Shown here: in pieces, positions 53,150 to 64,000 of the stretch
Position numbering within the stretch: the stretch's first letter is position 1
How the letters are laid out: each line of letters opens with the position of its first letter
Assembly (NCBI RefSeq): GCF_001194135.2
Contig: NC_068987.1
Span: forward strand, 90,687,677 to 90,751,676
From: Octopus bimaculoides
Taxonomy: Eukaryota
Direction: 5' to 3'
DNA: 64,000 nucleotides
Translations under genes and position numbers: made by a program
The notes under the pieces: generated by a model
Seen by the model: only the letters and a program-made list of their open reading frames with translations
Database searches by the model: none
What the model was told of the DNA's origin: nothing

Positions 53150-53393
53150 ATCGATGTCTTTTCTAATATGTTGCTCAGCCATGTGACAAATTTTCTGTGT
53201 CTGTGTCACACTGAGTTTTGAACATTTGTTCACATATTTACTTTCCATTCCAGTTTTTGCCTTCATTTCTTGGATTTGGTCTTTTAGGTAAGCAATCATC
53301 TCATTTCGATTCTGGATCTCCCGTTCTTTTTCTTCAGTAACCTCGGCCACAAGCTTCATCAATTCCTTCAGTCTCTGATGACTGCTCTGTTCC
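53150..53393 (-). CDS. IQCG: IQCG/DRC9 internal exon (244 nt), most 5' exon found
   Basis: Encodes (R)EQSSHQRLKELMKLVAEVTEEKEREIQNRNEMIAYLKDQIQEMKAKTGMESKYVNKCSKLSVTQTQKICHMAEQHIRKDID. The LKDQxQEMKAK and QTQKxC motifs are recognisable from IQCG orthologues (from memory, no database search). Strong pyrimidine tract ending gaag at the acceptor (phase 2); donor GAT|gtgagt (phase 0). Confidence 0.92.
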
Positions 53394-55898
53394 CTTCACA
53401 GAAAAGAAAAGAAAAAAAAAAGCTCAAATAAAATAATCATACAATATTATAACAAATTTATCTTTCATTTTTTACTTGTTTCAGTTATTAGACTGTGGCC
53501 AGGCTGGGGCACTACCTCGAAGAAATTTTAGTTGGACAAATCGACCCCAGCACTTATTTTAAATCTGACACTTATTCTATTAGTCTCTATTGCCAAACTG
53601 TTAAGTCGCAGGGGCATAAACAACCCAACATTAGTTATCAAGTGGTGTAGTGGTGAACAAACACACACACACACACACACACACACATATGTATATATAT
53701 GTGTGTGTGTGTACAACAGTCTTCTTTCAGTTTCCATCTTGCAAACCCACTCACAGGGCTTTGGTCAGCCTAAGGCTATAGTAGAAGGTACCATAGTACC
53801 TTGCTCAAGGTACCATGAGTGGAGCTGAACTAGGAACCATGTAGCTGGGGAGGCCAAACCTCTTACCACTCGGCCACACCATTGCCTTGTTAACATTTAA
53901 TTTCTTTTTATCACAAACATCTACAATTAGCAATTATATTTTTATTTTCCAAGAGATTTCTGCAAATAGCCAAGTTCCATGAGACTATCTTGTAGAAATC
54001 TTTGACAATAAAAAAAGTTTCCTGAAAAAGAGAGAAGCATTAACTTTGGCATCATAGAATCTTTTTATGAATTAGTTATAATATGGCATGGAACCGGAAA
54101 ATAGGATGATTCCACTGGTAATAAATAAATCCTATCATGTGAATGGCAATCAAATTATCTCCAGGAAAGGTCTGGAACTAAGGTAATGGCTAAAATGTCA
54201 TAAACATGACAAATCAATAATTTGAGGAATATTAACCTCCTCTTCATCTCTGTCGCACTTTTATGTTTTAACACAATGTTTTGCAATAACTCATCGCAGA
54301 AATTTAGACACATAATCACCATTCAGTATGAACCCAAAACTTCCAAATTATGGAGGCAACGTGAAAAAGAATGAAGGAATGGTAATAATTGGCAACTCAA
54401 ACATCAGACTGCCATACTTTCTTCCACTGGTGACAGAGTAACAACTATCTAATATGACAAGACTAACAAGCTTTGATCAGTGCAACTGATCAAAGAATTT
54501 ACCAATTATGGTCCCTCTCTCAAGAGGATATTAATCAACAACAGTAGCCACTAAGGGGTCATACTATAAAGAATTTAAGAACACTCAAGTAGTTCATATA
54601 TCAGAAGATGATTGGAGATTAAACCAATTGAAACGGTGAGGAACACAGAAAAAAAAGAAAAAAAAACATTGGTAGGTGATGTTAATAGTCTGGAAAATTT
54701 AAATTAATGATCAGAGTAATATCAGCGAATAAATTTAGTTGGGTGGCAAATCAAATTAGTAGAATGAAGAATCATGAAAGGTATTGTTCCTATGACGGCC
54801 AATAGCCATGAATGGATGCTCTGTATATGAGTAAGGAATTAATCTTTGCTGCTGCTGCTGCATCATCACCACCACCACCACCACCACCACCACCACCACA
54901 TCATCATCATCATCATCAACATCATCATCATTATTTGGCAAATTGGCGGAATCGTTAGCATTCCAGGCAAAATGCTCAGGAGCATTTCGTCTGTCTTTAC
55001 ATTCCGAGTTCAATTTCTGCCGAGGTCAGTTTTGCTTTTCATCCTTTTGGGGGTTAATCATCAATTAAATACCTGTTGCGTACTGGGTGTCGATGTAATT
55101 GACTACCCACGCCCCCTAAAATTCCAGGCTTTATGTCTTAGGCAGAAAGGATGATTATTTAACGAGTTGGCAGAATCATTAGAACATCAGAAAAAAATGC
55201 CTTGTCATGTTTCTTCTAACTCCTTATGTTCTGAGTTCAAAGCCCACTGAGGTCAACTTTGTTTTCATCTCTTCAGTACTGGGGCCAATGGTATTGACTG
55301 CACCCCTCAAAACTGTTGGCTTTGTGACTAAATCTGACTAAATCAGAAACCATTATTATTATTATTATTATTATTATAAACACACACACACACATATATA
55401 TATATGATGGGATTCTTCCAGTTTCCATCTAGCAAATCCACTCACAAGGTTTTGGTTGGCTTGAGACTATAGTAGAAGACACTTACCCAAGGTGCCACAC
55501 AGTGAGACTGAACCCAGAACCATGTTGTTAGGAAGCAAGCTTCTTATCACACAGCCACATTCACAAGATTCTTTTTTTTTTTTTTACTGAAATTGATAAT
55601 GTTGCATTTTGTGGATGTTTCCTGTCATTAAAAACATACAAGTTGGATGTAATTTACTTTTCAAAGTTGTTAACATGTGTCAATGAGTGTTAAACAGAAA
55701 AAATATAACGTATCAGATGACGATGACGATGATGATGATGACGACGACAACGATGATGATGATGAGGAGGATGATGATGATGATGAGGATGATGATGATG
55801 ATGACAATGATGACAATGATGATGATGATGACAACGACGACAACAATGCTAATGATGATGACAAAGCTGATGATGATGATGACGGTGACGACGACGAC

Positions 55899-55930
<32 letters not shown>

Positions 55931-56298
55931 CGGCGACGACGATGATGATGATGATGACGAAGACGGTGATGCTGATGATGACGACGGTGATGATGCTGAT
56001 GACGACGGTGATGATGCTGATGACGATGATGATGATGGTAAGTAAGGGTAATAATACTAACACTAATAACAGCTAGAAGTTGTATAACGCGAATTGTTGT
56101 GAGAAGATAGAGAAATCGGAAGACAGAAGGAAAGAGGAAGCATAAGAAGAAAGCAAGCGACTGTGACTTGGTGCAGACTTGGATGTGTAGGTAGAGGGTC
56201 TGCTATTCAACCACATGGTTCCAGGTTCAGTCTTACTGCAGGGCATTTCAAATAAAAGCCTTGTGAATAGATTTGTTATGTGGAAACTGAAAGAAGTC

Positions 56299-56353
<55 letters not shown>

Positions 56354-56354
56354 T

Positions 56355-56836
56355 GGCATGGTGCAGAGTCCTGTTGCCAGACATAGGGTCTTCTAGCAGC
56401 CACCTCTCTTGACCCAGGGCAGTACTACCTCCTCCAGGCACTTGTTGTAGGCCTCTGTGTTGTGTCTGAGGCCATGTGAGAAGATGAATGGAGGCATAAT
56501 GTCACCATCACTAGTGATCACTCCAAACACCATGAGGCTGACTGGGTGTTTGATTTTTATCACTCTTGGTAAATGTTTTAGGGACATGGCAAGCCAACGG
56601 CTGCTCTGTGTGTTCACCATCTGTTTGTATTGGAGCTTCTGGCATGAATGCCAAGCAGTACAGCATGTCATTTCCAAATTTCTGGCAGAATCAATTGCAT
56701 CATGGTGCTGTTTTTCTCACAAACAGTCCCCAACTGACCCCATTATACTATGTAGTTGACAAAATCAAAAACAAACAATGCACATGAAAGAAATTAAAAA
56801 CATAGAATGGCAACAATTTACCCATCGCACCCTGTA
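56355..56836 (-). mobile_element. maT/DD37D-like transposon 5' part with TIR and internal deletion
   Basis: ta|cagggtgcgatgggtaaattg terminus at 56836-56813. KIKHPVSLMVFGVITSDGDIMPPFIF...EEVVLPW is followed by RRPYVWQQDSAPCH in another frame. Confidence 0.85.
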
Positions 56837-56838
56837 TG

Positions 56839-56869
<31 letters not shown>

Positions 56870-57817
56870 ATATAAAGGGCATTAACTGTGTATTAATGCC
56901 TCACACTATCGAGGGACTAAATAAGTAAAAAAACTACTAAAAATAGTTTTTTTACTTATTTNNNNNNNNNNNNNNNNNNNNNNNNNNNNNNNNNNNNNNN
57001 NNNNNNNNNNNNNNNNNNNNNNNNNNNNNNNNNNNNNNNNNNNNNNNNNNNNNNNNNNNNNNNNNNNNNNNNNNNNNNNNNNNNNNNNNNNNNNNNNNNN
57101 NNNNNNNNNNNNNNNNNNNNNNNNNNNNNNNNNNNNNNNNNNNNNNNNNNNNNNNNNNNNNNNNNNNNNNNNNNNNNNNNNNNNNNNNNNNNNNNNNNNN
57201 NNNNNNNNNNNNNNNNNNNNNNNNNNNNNNNNNNNNNNNNNNNNNNNNNNNNNNNNNNNNNNNNNNNNNNNNNNNNNNNNNNNNNNNNNNNNNNNNNNNN
57301 NNNNNNNNNNNNNNNNNNNNNNNNNNNNNNNNNNNNNNNNNNNNNNNNNNNNNNNNNNNNNNNNNNNNNNNNNNNNNNNNNNNNNNNNNNNNNNNNNNNN
57401 NNNNNNNNNNNNNNNNNNNNNNNNNNNNNNNNNNNNNNNNNNNNNNNNNNNNNNNNNNNNNNNNNNNNNNNNNNNNNNNNNNNNNNNNNNNNNNNNNNNN
57501 NNNNNNNNNNNNNNNNNNNNNNNNNNNNNNNNNNNNNNNNNNNNNNNNNNNNNNNNNNNNNNNNNNNNNNNNNNNNNNNNNNNNNNNNNNNNNNNNNNNN
57601 NNNNNNNNNNNNNNNNNNNNNNNNNNNNNNNNNNNNNNNNNNNNNNNNNNNNNNNNNNNNNNNNNNNNNNNNNNNNNNNNNNNNNNNNNNNNNNNNNNNN
57701 NNNNNNNNNNNNNNNNNNNNNNNNNNNNNNNNNNNNNNNNNNNNNNNNNNNNNNNNNNNNNNNNNNNNNNGTGTTAAATTGCTTCAGCTTTATATTACAT
57801 TAATCTTAATCTTATTT

Positions 57818-57863
57818 GGGCCAGAGTTCTTTCGTCCCACTTCTGTGACCTCATCAGTGGTCC
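57818..57863 (-). ncRNA. Type I hammerhead-ribozyme-like motif
   Basis: GGACCA-CTGATGA-GGTCACagaaGTGGGAC-GAAA-GAAC-TC-TGGCCC. All catalytic core bases are present, stem I pairs 5 of 6, G10.1-C11.1 is intact and stem III is minimal; predicted cut after 57824. Confidence 0.6.
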
Positions 57864-58490
57864 TTTGTTTCCTTCCTTCTTATGTGTGTCTCACCTTGCT
57901 AAATATCAGCCATTTTGTATTTTTGGCTAAACTGGCAATATGACCATCCCCAAGTACAACAACATCTGTTTCAACACACGATTTCACATCAAAAATCTTG
58001 CAAAACAAATATGTATATATATATATATATATTCGTATGTGTGTATGTATGCATATATATAAATATAGGTATGCGAAGGCGCATGACTCAGTCATTAGAG
58101 CATCAGGCTCACAATCATGAGGTAGTTAGTTCAATTCCTGGACTGGTCAGTGTGCTGTGTTCTTGAGCAAGACACTCTATTTCACATTGCTCCAGTTCAC
58201 TCGTCTGTAGAAATGAGTTGCTCAGGTGTAGAGATGACATGACTGGTGCCAAGCTGTATCAGCCTTTGTCTTTTCTTAGGATAACAGCAGTGGCATGGAG
58301 AGGGAAGGATGGGTTGCATCGGTGACTGCTGGTCTGCCATAAAAACAACCTTGTCTAGAGTTGTTTCTTGGAGGGGAACTTTCTAGGTACAAGTCCATGA
58401 TTATTCATGACCAAAGAGGGGCTTTACCCTTATGCATGCGTGTATGTCTCCATGTATGTATGTATGTATGTATGTATGTATGTATGTATG

Positions 58491-58542
<52 letters not shown>

Positions 58543-59014
58543 CATGTATGCATTTATGTATATGTGCATGTATATATGCATGNNNNNNNNNNNNNNNNNN
58601 NNNNNNNNNNNNNNNNNNNNNNNNNNNNNNNNNNNNNNNNNNNNNNNNNNNNNNNNNNNNNNNNNNNNNNNNNNNNNNNNNNNNNNNNNNNNNNNNNNNN
58701 NNNNNNNNNNNNNNNNNNNNNNNNNNNNNNNNNNNNNNNNNNNNNNNNNNNNNNNNNNNNNNNNNNNNNNNNNNNNNNNNNNNNNNNNNNNNNNNNNNNN
58801 NNNNNNNNNNNNNNNNNNNNNNNNNNNNNNNNNNNNNNNNNNNNNNNNNNNNNNNNNNNNNNNNNNNNNNNNNNNNNNNNNNNNNNNNNNNNNNNNNNNN
58901 NNNNNNNNNNNNNNNNNNNNNNNNNNNNNNNNNNNNNNNNNNNNNNNNNNNNNNNNNNNNNNNNNNNNNNNNNNNNNNNNNNNNNNNNNNNNNNNNNNNN
59001 NNNNNNNNNNNNNN

Positions 59015-59063
<49 letters not shown>

Positions 59064-59799
59064 ATGGATGTACATATGTATACGTGTATGCATGCGTGTA
59101 TATATGTATTTGTGTATATATGTCTGCATGCATGTATATTATTCACGGACACCATGTAGCACAAATATCTTAATATCTAAACCAGAATACAACAGCAAGC
59201 TGGCAGAATCGTTAGCAACCCTGGCAAAGTGCTTAGCAGCATTACTTTCATCTTCATGATCCGGGTTCAAATTCCGCTGAGGTTGACTTCACTTTTCATT
59301 CTTCCAGGGTCAATGAAATAAGCACTAGTTTGAACACTGGGGTTGATGTAATTGACTTACCCTCCCACTAAGATTGCTGGCCTTGGGCCAAAATTTGAAG
59401 CCAGTATCTTACAAGTATCATCTGTTGATAAATGAATTAGAATTCCTTGGTGTTATTCTCTTTCATCAAACATGTTCGTCAGAATATATTGTCAAATGTG
59501 TTTACAATTGATCGTTTGCATTACACGCAACACCCATCCCCCACCTCATTCATCAGATCCATAAGAAACCTCCCTTCCGCACCACCATCACCACCACCAC
59601 CATCATCGATCAGATGTATTACACACTCCAGCTGCTGATTTCATTGATTGGAGGAGAGATGACACACACTCCACAGCCTGTCGTCCCCTACATCAAGCTT
59701 TCTCGTCAACACTTCACAAATCAGGATCTCGTTTAATTATATTCAAATCACTGACTCTATCAAATTCAACAAACTCCTCACTTTTAACATAGCAGTTAT

Positions 59800-59846
<47 letters not shown>

Positions 59847-61856
59847 CATGCAAGCACACATGCACATACACACATGCACACACACACATGCACATAACCC
59901 CTCACACATATTCACGTGCACATACTCCCTTACACACACACACACATATGCACATACCTCCTCTCACACACATGCATACATGCACACACACACATACTCC
60001 CTCACACACACACACACACACATCACATATCCCTCACACACACATGCATGCATGCACGCACACACACACATGCACATATCCCCTCACACACATGCATGTA
60101 TGCACACACACATGCACATACACCCTCACACACACACACACCTGCACATACCCCTCATACACACACATGCACATATACCCTCACACGCACACACGCACAC
60201 ACACACATACACATACACTCACTGACACACAGAGCAACAAGTTATTGGGTTGGCAGACAAAACGTTTCTTTCTTATTTTTCATTTATTCATTACCCATCC
60301 CTCCATCTTCCCCACCCTTTCTCTTTGGAGGGTTGCAAAGGATAGAGTCCTCAGCCATCCCCTCCATAGGGTCCTATCAGAAACAACTGTCATTACACTT
60401 TCCTGCTGGATTCCCAAGCATGGCTATTTATTTCAATTCTTTCCAATATTATTTGAATTAGCATGAAAAATGGTTTTATCATAAGGTTTATGAGGGGGTT
60501 TTTTGAAGCTCTTTTGTGTTTTTGTTTTTAAAATTTGAACTAAAATTTTACCTCTTTTCAGACATTTGACAATGATAGAGTACCAAGTTGAAAAATACAA
60601 ACTAATTTATCCGACAGCCCAATATAATATCTTCATCTTAGATTTTAAATATTAATTATCCAAAGACATTTACAAACACAATCCAAGAACAGTAAAGCGT
60701 GTTTTGAGTTCTGAAGAAGGACCTTTTTTTTGGTTTTCTTACTTTGGTTTGTTTTAGAAATTTTTAATGTAAATAAAAACACAGTGAGATGGCAGAACCA
60801 TTTGCACGTTGGACAAAATGTTTAGAGGCATGACGAGCTTCTTTCAGTTTCCGTCTACCAAATCCACTCACAAAGCTTTGGCCGGCCCGAGGGTAAAGTA
60901 GAAGACACTTGCCCAAGGTTCCACACAGTGGACTGAACCTGGAACCATGTGGTTGGTAAGCAAGCTACTTACCACACAGCCATTCCTGCACATGTATATA
61001 TATATATATATNNNNNNNNNNNNNNNNNNNNNNNNNNNNNNNNNNNNNNNNNNNNNNNNNNNNNNNNNNNNNNNNNNNNNNNNNNNNNNNNNNNNNNNNN
61101 NNNNNNNNNNNNNNNNNNNNNNNNNNNNNNNNNNNNNNNNNNNNNNNNNNNNNNNNNNNNNNNNNNNNNNNNNNNNNNNNNNNNNNNNNNNNNNNNNNNN
61201 NNNNNNNNNNNNNNNNNNNNNNNNNNNNNNNNNNNNNNNNNNNNNNNNNNNNNNNNNNNNNNNNNNNNNNNNNNNNNNNNNNNNNNNNNNNNNNNNNNNN
61301 NNNNNNNNNNNNNNNNNNNNNNNNNNNNNNNNNNNNNNNNNNNNNNNNNNNNNNNNNNNNNNNNNNNNNNNNNNNNNNNNNNNNNNNNNNNNNNNNNNNN
61401 NNNNNNNNNNNNNNNNNNNNNNNNNNNNNNNNNNNNNNNNNNNNNNNNNNNNNNNNNNNNNNNNNNNNNNNNNNNNNNNNNNNNNNNNNNNNNNNNNNNN
61501 NNNNNNNNNNNNNNNNNNNNNNNNNNNNNNNNNNNNNNNNNNNNNNNNNNNNNNNNNNNNNNNNNNNNNNNNNNNNNNNNNNNNNNNNNNNNNNNNNNNN
61601 NNNNNNNNNNNNNNNNNNNNNNNNNNNNNNNNNNNNNNNNNNNNNNNNNNNNNNNNNNNNNNNNNNNNNNNNNNNNNNNNNNNNNNNNNNNNNNNNNNNN
61701 NNNNNNNNNNNNNNNNNNNNNNNNNNNNNNNNNNNNNNNNNNNNNNNNNNNNNNNNNNNNNNNNNNNNNNNNNNNNNNNNNNNNNNNNNNNNNNNNNNNN
61801 NNNNNNNNNNNNNNNNNNNNNNNNNNNNNNNNNNNATATATATATATATATATATA

Positions 61857-61975
61857 CAGGGTGTCCACAAAGTCTGGGTACATGGGGATACTTTAAGAAA
61901 TTATTACTTCTTATATTTAATTGTTTATGTCATGATCTTATTTACTCCATGTACTCAGACTTTGTGGACACCCTG
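61857..61975. mobile_element. 119-bp Tc1/mariner-type MITE in a (TA)n tract
   Basis: The TIR cagggtgtccacaaagtctgggtacatgg matches the other end with 1 mismatch in 29; TA at 61855-56 and 61976-77. Confidence 0.92.
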
Positions 61976-63338
61976 TATATATACACACACATCACCTTCA
62001 TCATTATTGTCATTTAACGTCCTTTTTCCATGCTGGCATGGGTTGGACGCTTTGACTGAGGACTGGCAAGCCAGAAGGCTGCACTAGGCCCCAATCTGAT
62101 CTGGTAAAGTTTCTACAGCTGGATGCTCTTCCTAATGCCAACCACTCCGAAAGTATAGTGGGTGCTTTTTATGTGCCACTGGCATGAGAGCCAGTCACAC
62201 AGTACTGGCCTAGTGCACTGGCCTAGTGCACTGGCCTAGTGCACGGGAGCCTAGTGCAGCCAACCACTCTGAGAGTGTAGTGGGTGCTTTTACGTGCCAC
62301 CGGCNNNNNNNNNNCACGGGAGCCTAGTGCAGCCAACCACTCTGAGAGTGTAGTGGGTGCTTTTACGTGCCACCGGCACAAGGGCCAGTCAGGCAGTACT
62401 GGCAACGGCCACGCTCAAATGGTGTTTTTTATGTGCCAACTGCATAGGAGTCAGTCCAGCGGCACTGGCAACAACCTCGCTCAAATGTTTTGTTCACATG
62501 CCACTAGCACAAGTGCCAGTAAGGCGTTTAAAACTTGATTTTAATAAACTTTACTAAAATCTAGTTATAATATCAACCCAAGGGTTTAAGAAAGACTGTC
62601 ACTATGGTAATACTAGTTTATTTCTTTTCATAAATTACATTTGACATCCAAATAAAACATTAAACATTTGAGGAATAGTATTATGCCTGTTTGTCTCCAT
62701 GGATAGCTGCACGATATCCTTGCAACTATCCATTGACAGATGTAAGCAATCTATTAATTTTTGCTTTAATAACTATTTGAATGACAAATCTATAATTCGC
62801 CAGCTCAACTAAATAAATCTGTCTCCAATTTCTTAAGAGCGACAGACAGTTTAACACATTTTGTTTCAACCTGTTTTTAGTTTCTATCATTTTCCATAAT
62901 TTCTTCTCTAATTTTTCTGACACATAAAACAATCTCTCAGCTCTGTCACTTCCATGCTCATCACTAAATTCAATAACATGCAACTTAAAACCAACCTCAT
63001 AACTTGACCTTTTAACCTTTAGAGCTCATGATTTAGTTTCTAGTTACCTTTTTGCATCAGAAATACAATGAATTCTTTTCAGCACTTCTGTCAACAATCC
63101 TGAGCATAAGCAGGCAACAAGATATGAAAGGTATAACATGTCTACTATATAATATATATAGATATATATATATAGATATAGAAATAGATACATACATATG
63201 TATATATACACACACACACATATATGTATATATCGTGGCACTCTGTCAGTTATGACAATGAAGGTTCCAGTTGATCCGATCAACGGAACAGCCTGCTTGT
63301 AAAATTAATGTGCAAGTGGCTGAGCACTCCACAGACAC

Positions 63339-63391
<53 letters not shown>

Positions 63392-63477
63392 TATATAAAT
63401 ATAAAGAGGGTTTGAGAGGCAAACATTATTCAAGTGACTAAGAAGTGAAAACTGGAGTGAAGAAGTGGTTCAAAGAA

Positions 63478-63508
<31 letters not shown>

Positions 63509-63589
63509 GTTTAACGTCTGTTTTCTATGCTGACATGGGTTAGATGGTTCGACTGGGGTCTAGGAAGCCAAGAGACTGCACGACGCCTT

Positions 63590-63795
63590 ACCAGTCAATA
63601 GAATTTTACGGGGCAGGGATACATGCTCTCATTCGAAAGTAGAACATTGCTATTGAGAGAAACGGTGACTACATTGAGAAGTAGGGTTGTGATCTACAGG
63701 GGACCAGCTTCATTTTGATGTATGATACATATACCTGTGTTGGTAATTATACCTGTCCTATTTTAAATAGCATTACTTTTTCACTTACCCTCGTA
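63590..63795 (+). mobile_element. Mariner 3' terminal fragment with TIR
   Basis: FYGAGIHALIRK*NIAIERNGDYIEK* (mariner C-terminus) ends in gcattactttttcacttaccctcg|ta. Confidence 0.75.
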
Positions 63796-64000
63796 TATTC
63801 GTATATGTGCATGCATGTTGTGTGTATGTCACATTTGTCAACCTCAGCTTCATGAACTCATCACATAGTTCACATTCCTAGATTTATCCCCAACATCCCC
63901 TCCCCTCCCCCCGTCATTCCTTCACTCATCTCCCCCTCCCTCCCCCTCTCTCCCAATCTGCCTCTGTGGTTATCTATTTTCTTTTCTATGTGGGTGTGTG

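Noticed and set aside
53900-54030. Candidate upstream IQCG exon after a strong acceptor (ctctctttttcag)
   Set aside because: All frames reach stops before a phase-2 donor.
59455-59490. Hammerhead-like CTGACGA...GAAA on the minus strand
   Set aside because: There is no UH cleavage site before the stem I partner and no proper stem II.
62242-62377. 63-bp direct duplication in an RTE tail
   Set aside because: The two copies are separated by a 10-N gap, typical of unmerged overlapping contig ends. The (ctggcctagtgca)x3 just upstream may be real, but it is next to the same break.
63780-63795. Strong splice donor GG|gtaagt on the minus strand
   Set aside because: It is part of the mariner terminal inverted repeat.

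Overview
AT-rich, repeat-dense animal genomic DNA with many N gaps next to microsatellites. The repeat content suggests an octopus short-read assembly; this is inference. One host gene is reconstructable: five minus-strand coding exons (53150-53393, 42121-42195, 36281-36412, 26067-26168, 17299-17403) splice in frame through GT-AG introns of 5.7-11 kb. They give the C-terminal ~218 aa of IQCG/DRC9, a nexin-dynein regulatory complex subunit, ending in an IQ motif; its 5' exons were not found. The rest is transposon-derived: a full-length degraded DD34D mariner with TIRs and TA TSD, a Buster/Charlie-type hAT remnant, maT-like fragments, many RTE LINE pieces, REL-endonuclease (R4/Dong-like) retroelements in (TAA)n arrays, tRNA-derived SINEs, MITEs and microsatellites. 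Most interesting: two type-I hammerhead-ribozyme-like motifs (57818-57863 minus, 12035-12086 plus); a train of five insertions in one TAA array (34.0-35.9 kb) with recurrent microhomology-guided 5' truncation; a 380-bp foldback 55 bp from an IQCG splice donor; and a hairpin-repeat/variable-linker array in RTE 3' UTRs. No CRISPR array, rRNA or true tRNA gene was found, and most listed ORFs are microsatellite or gap artefacts. Repeat boundaries are approximate unless a TIR or TSD is quoted.
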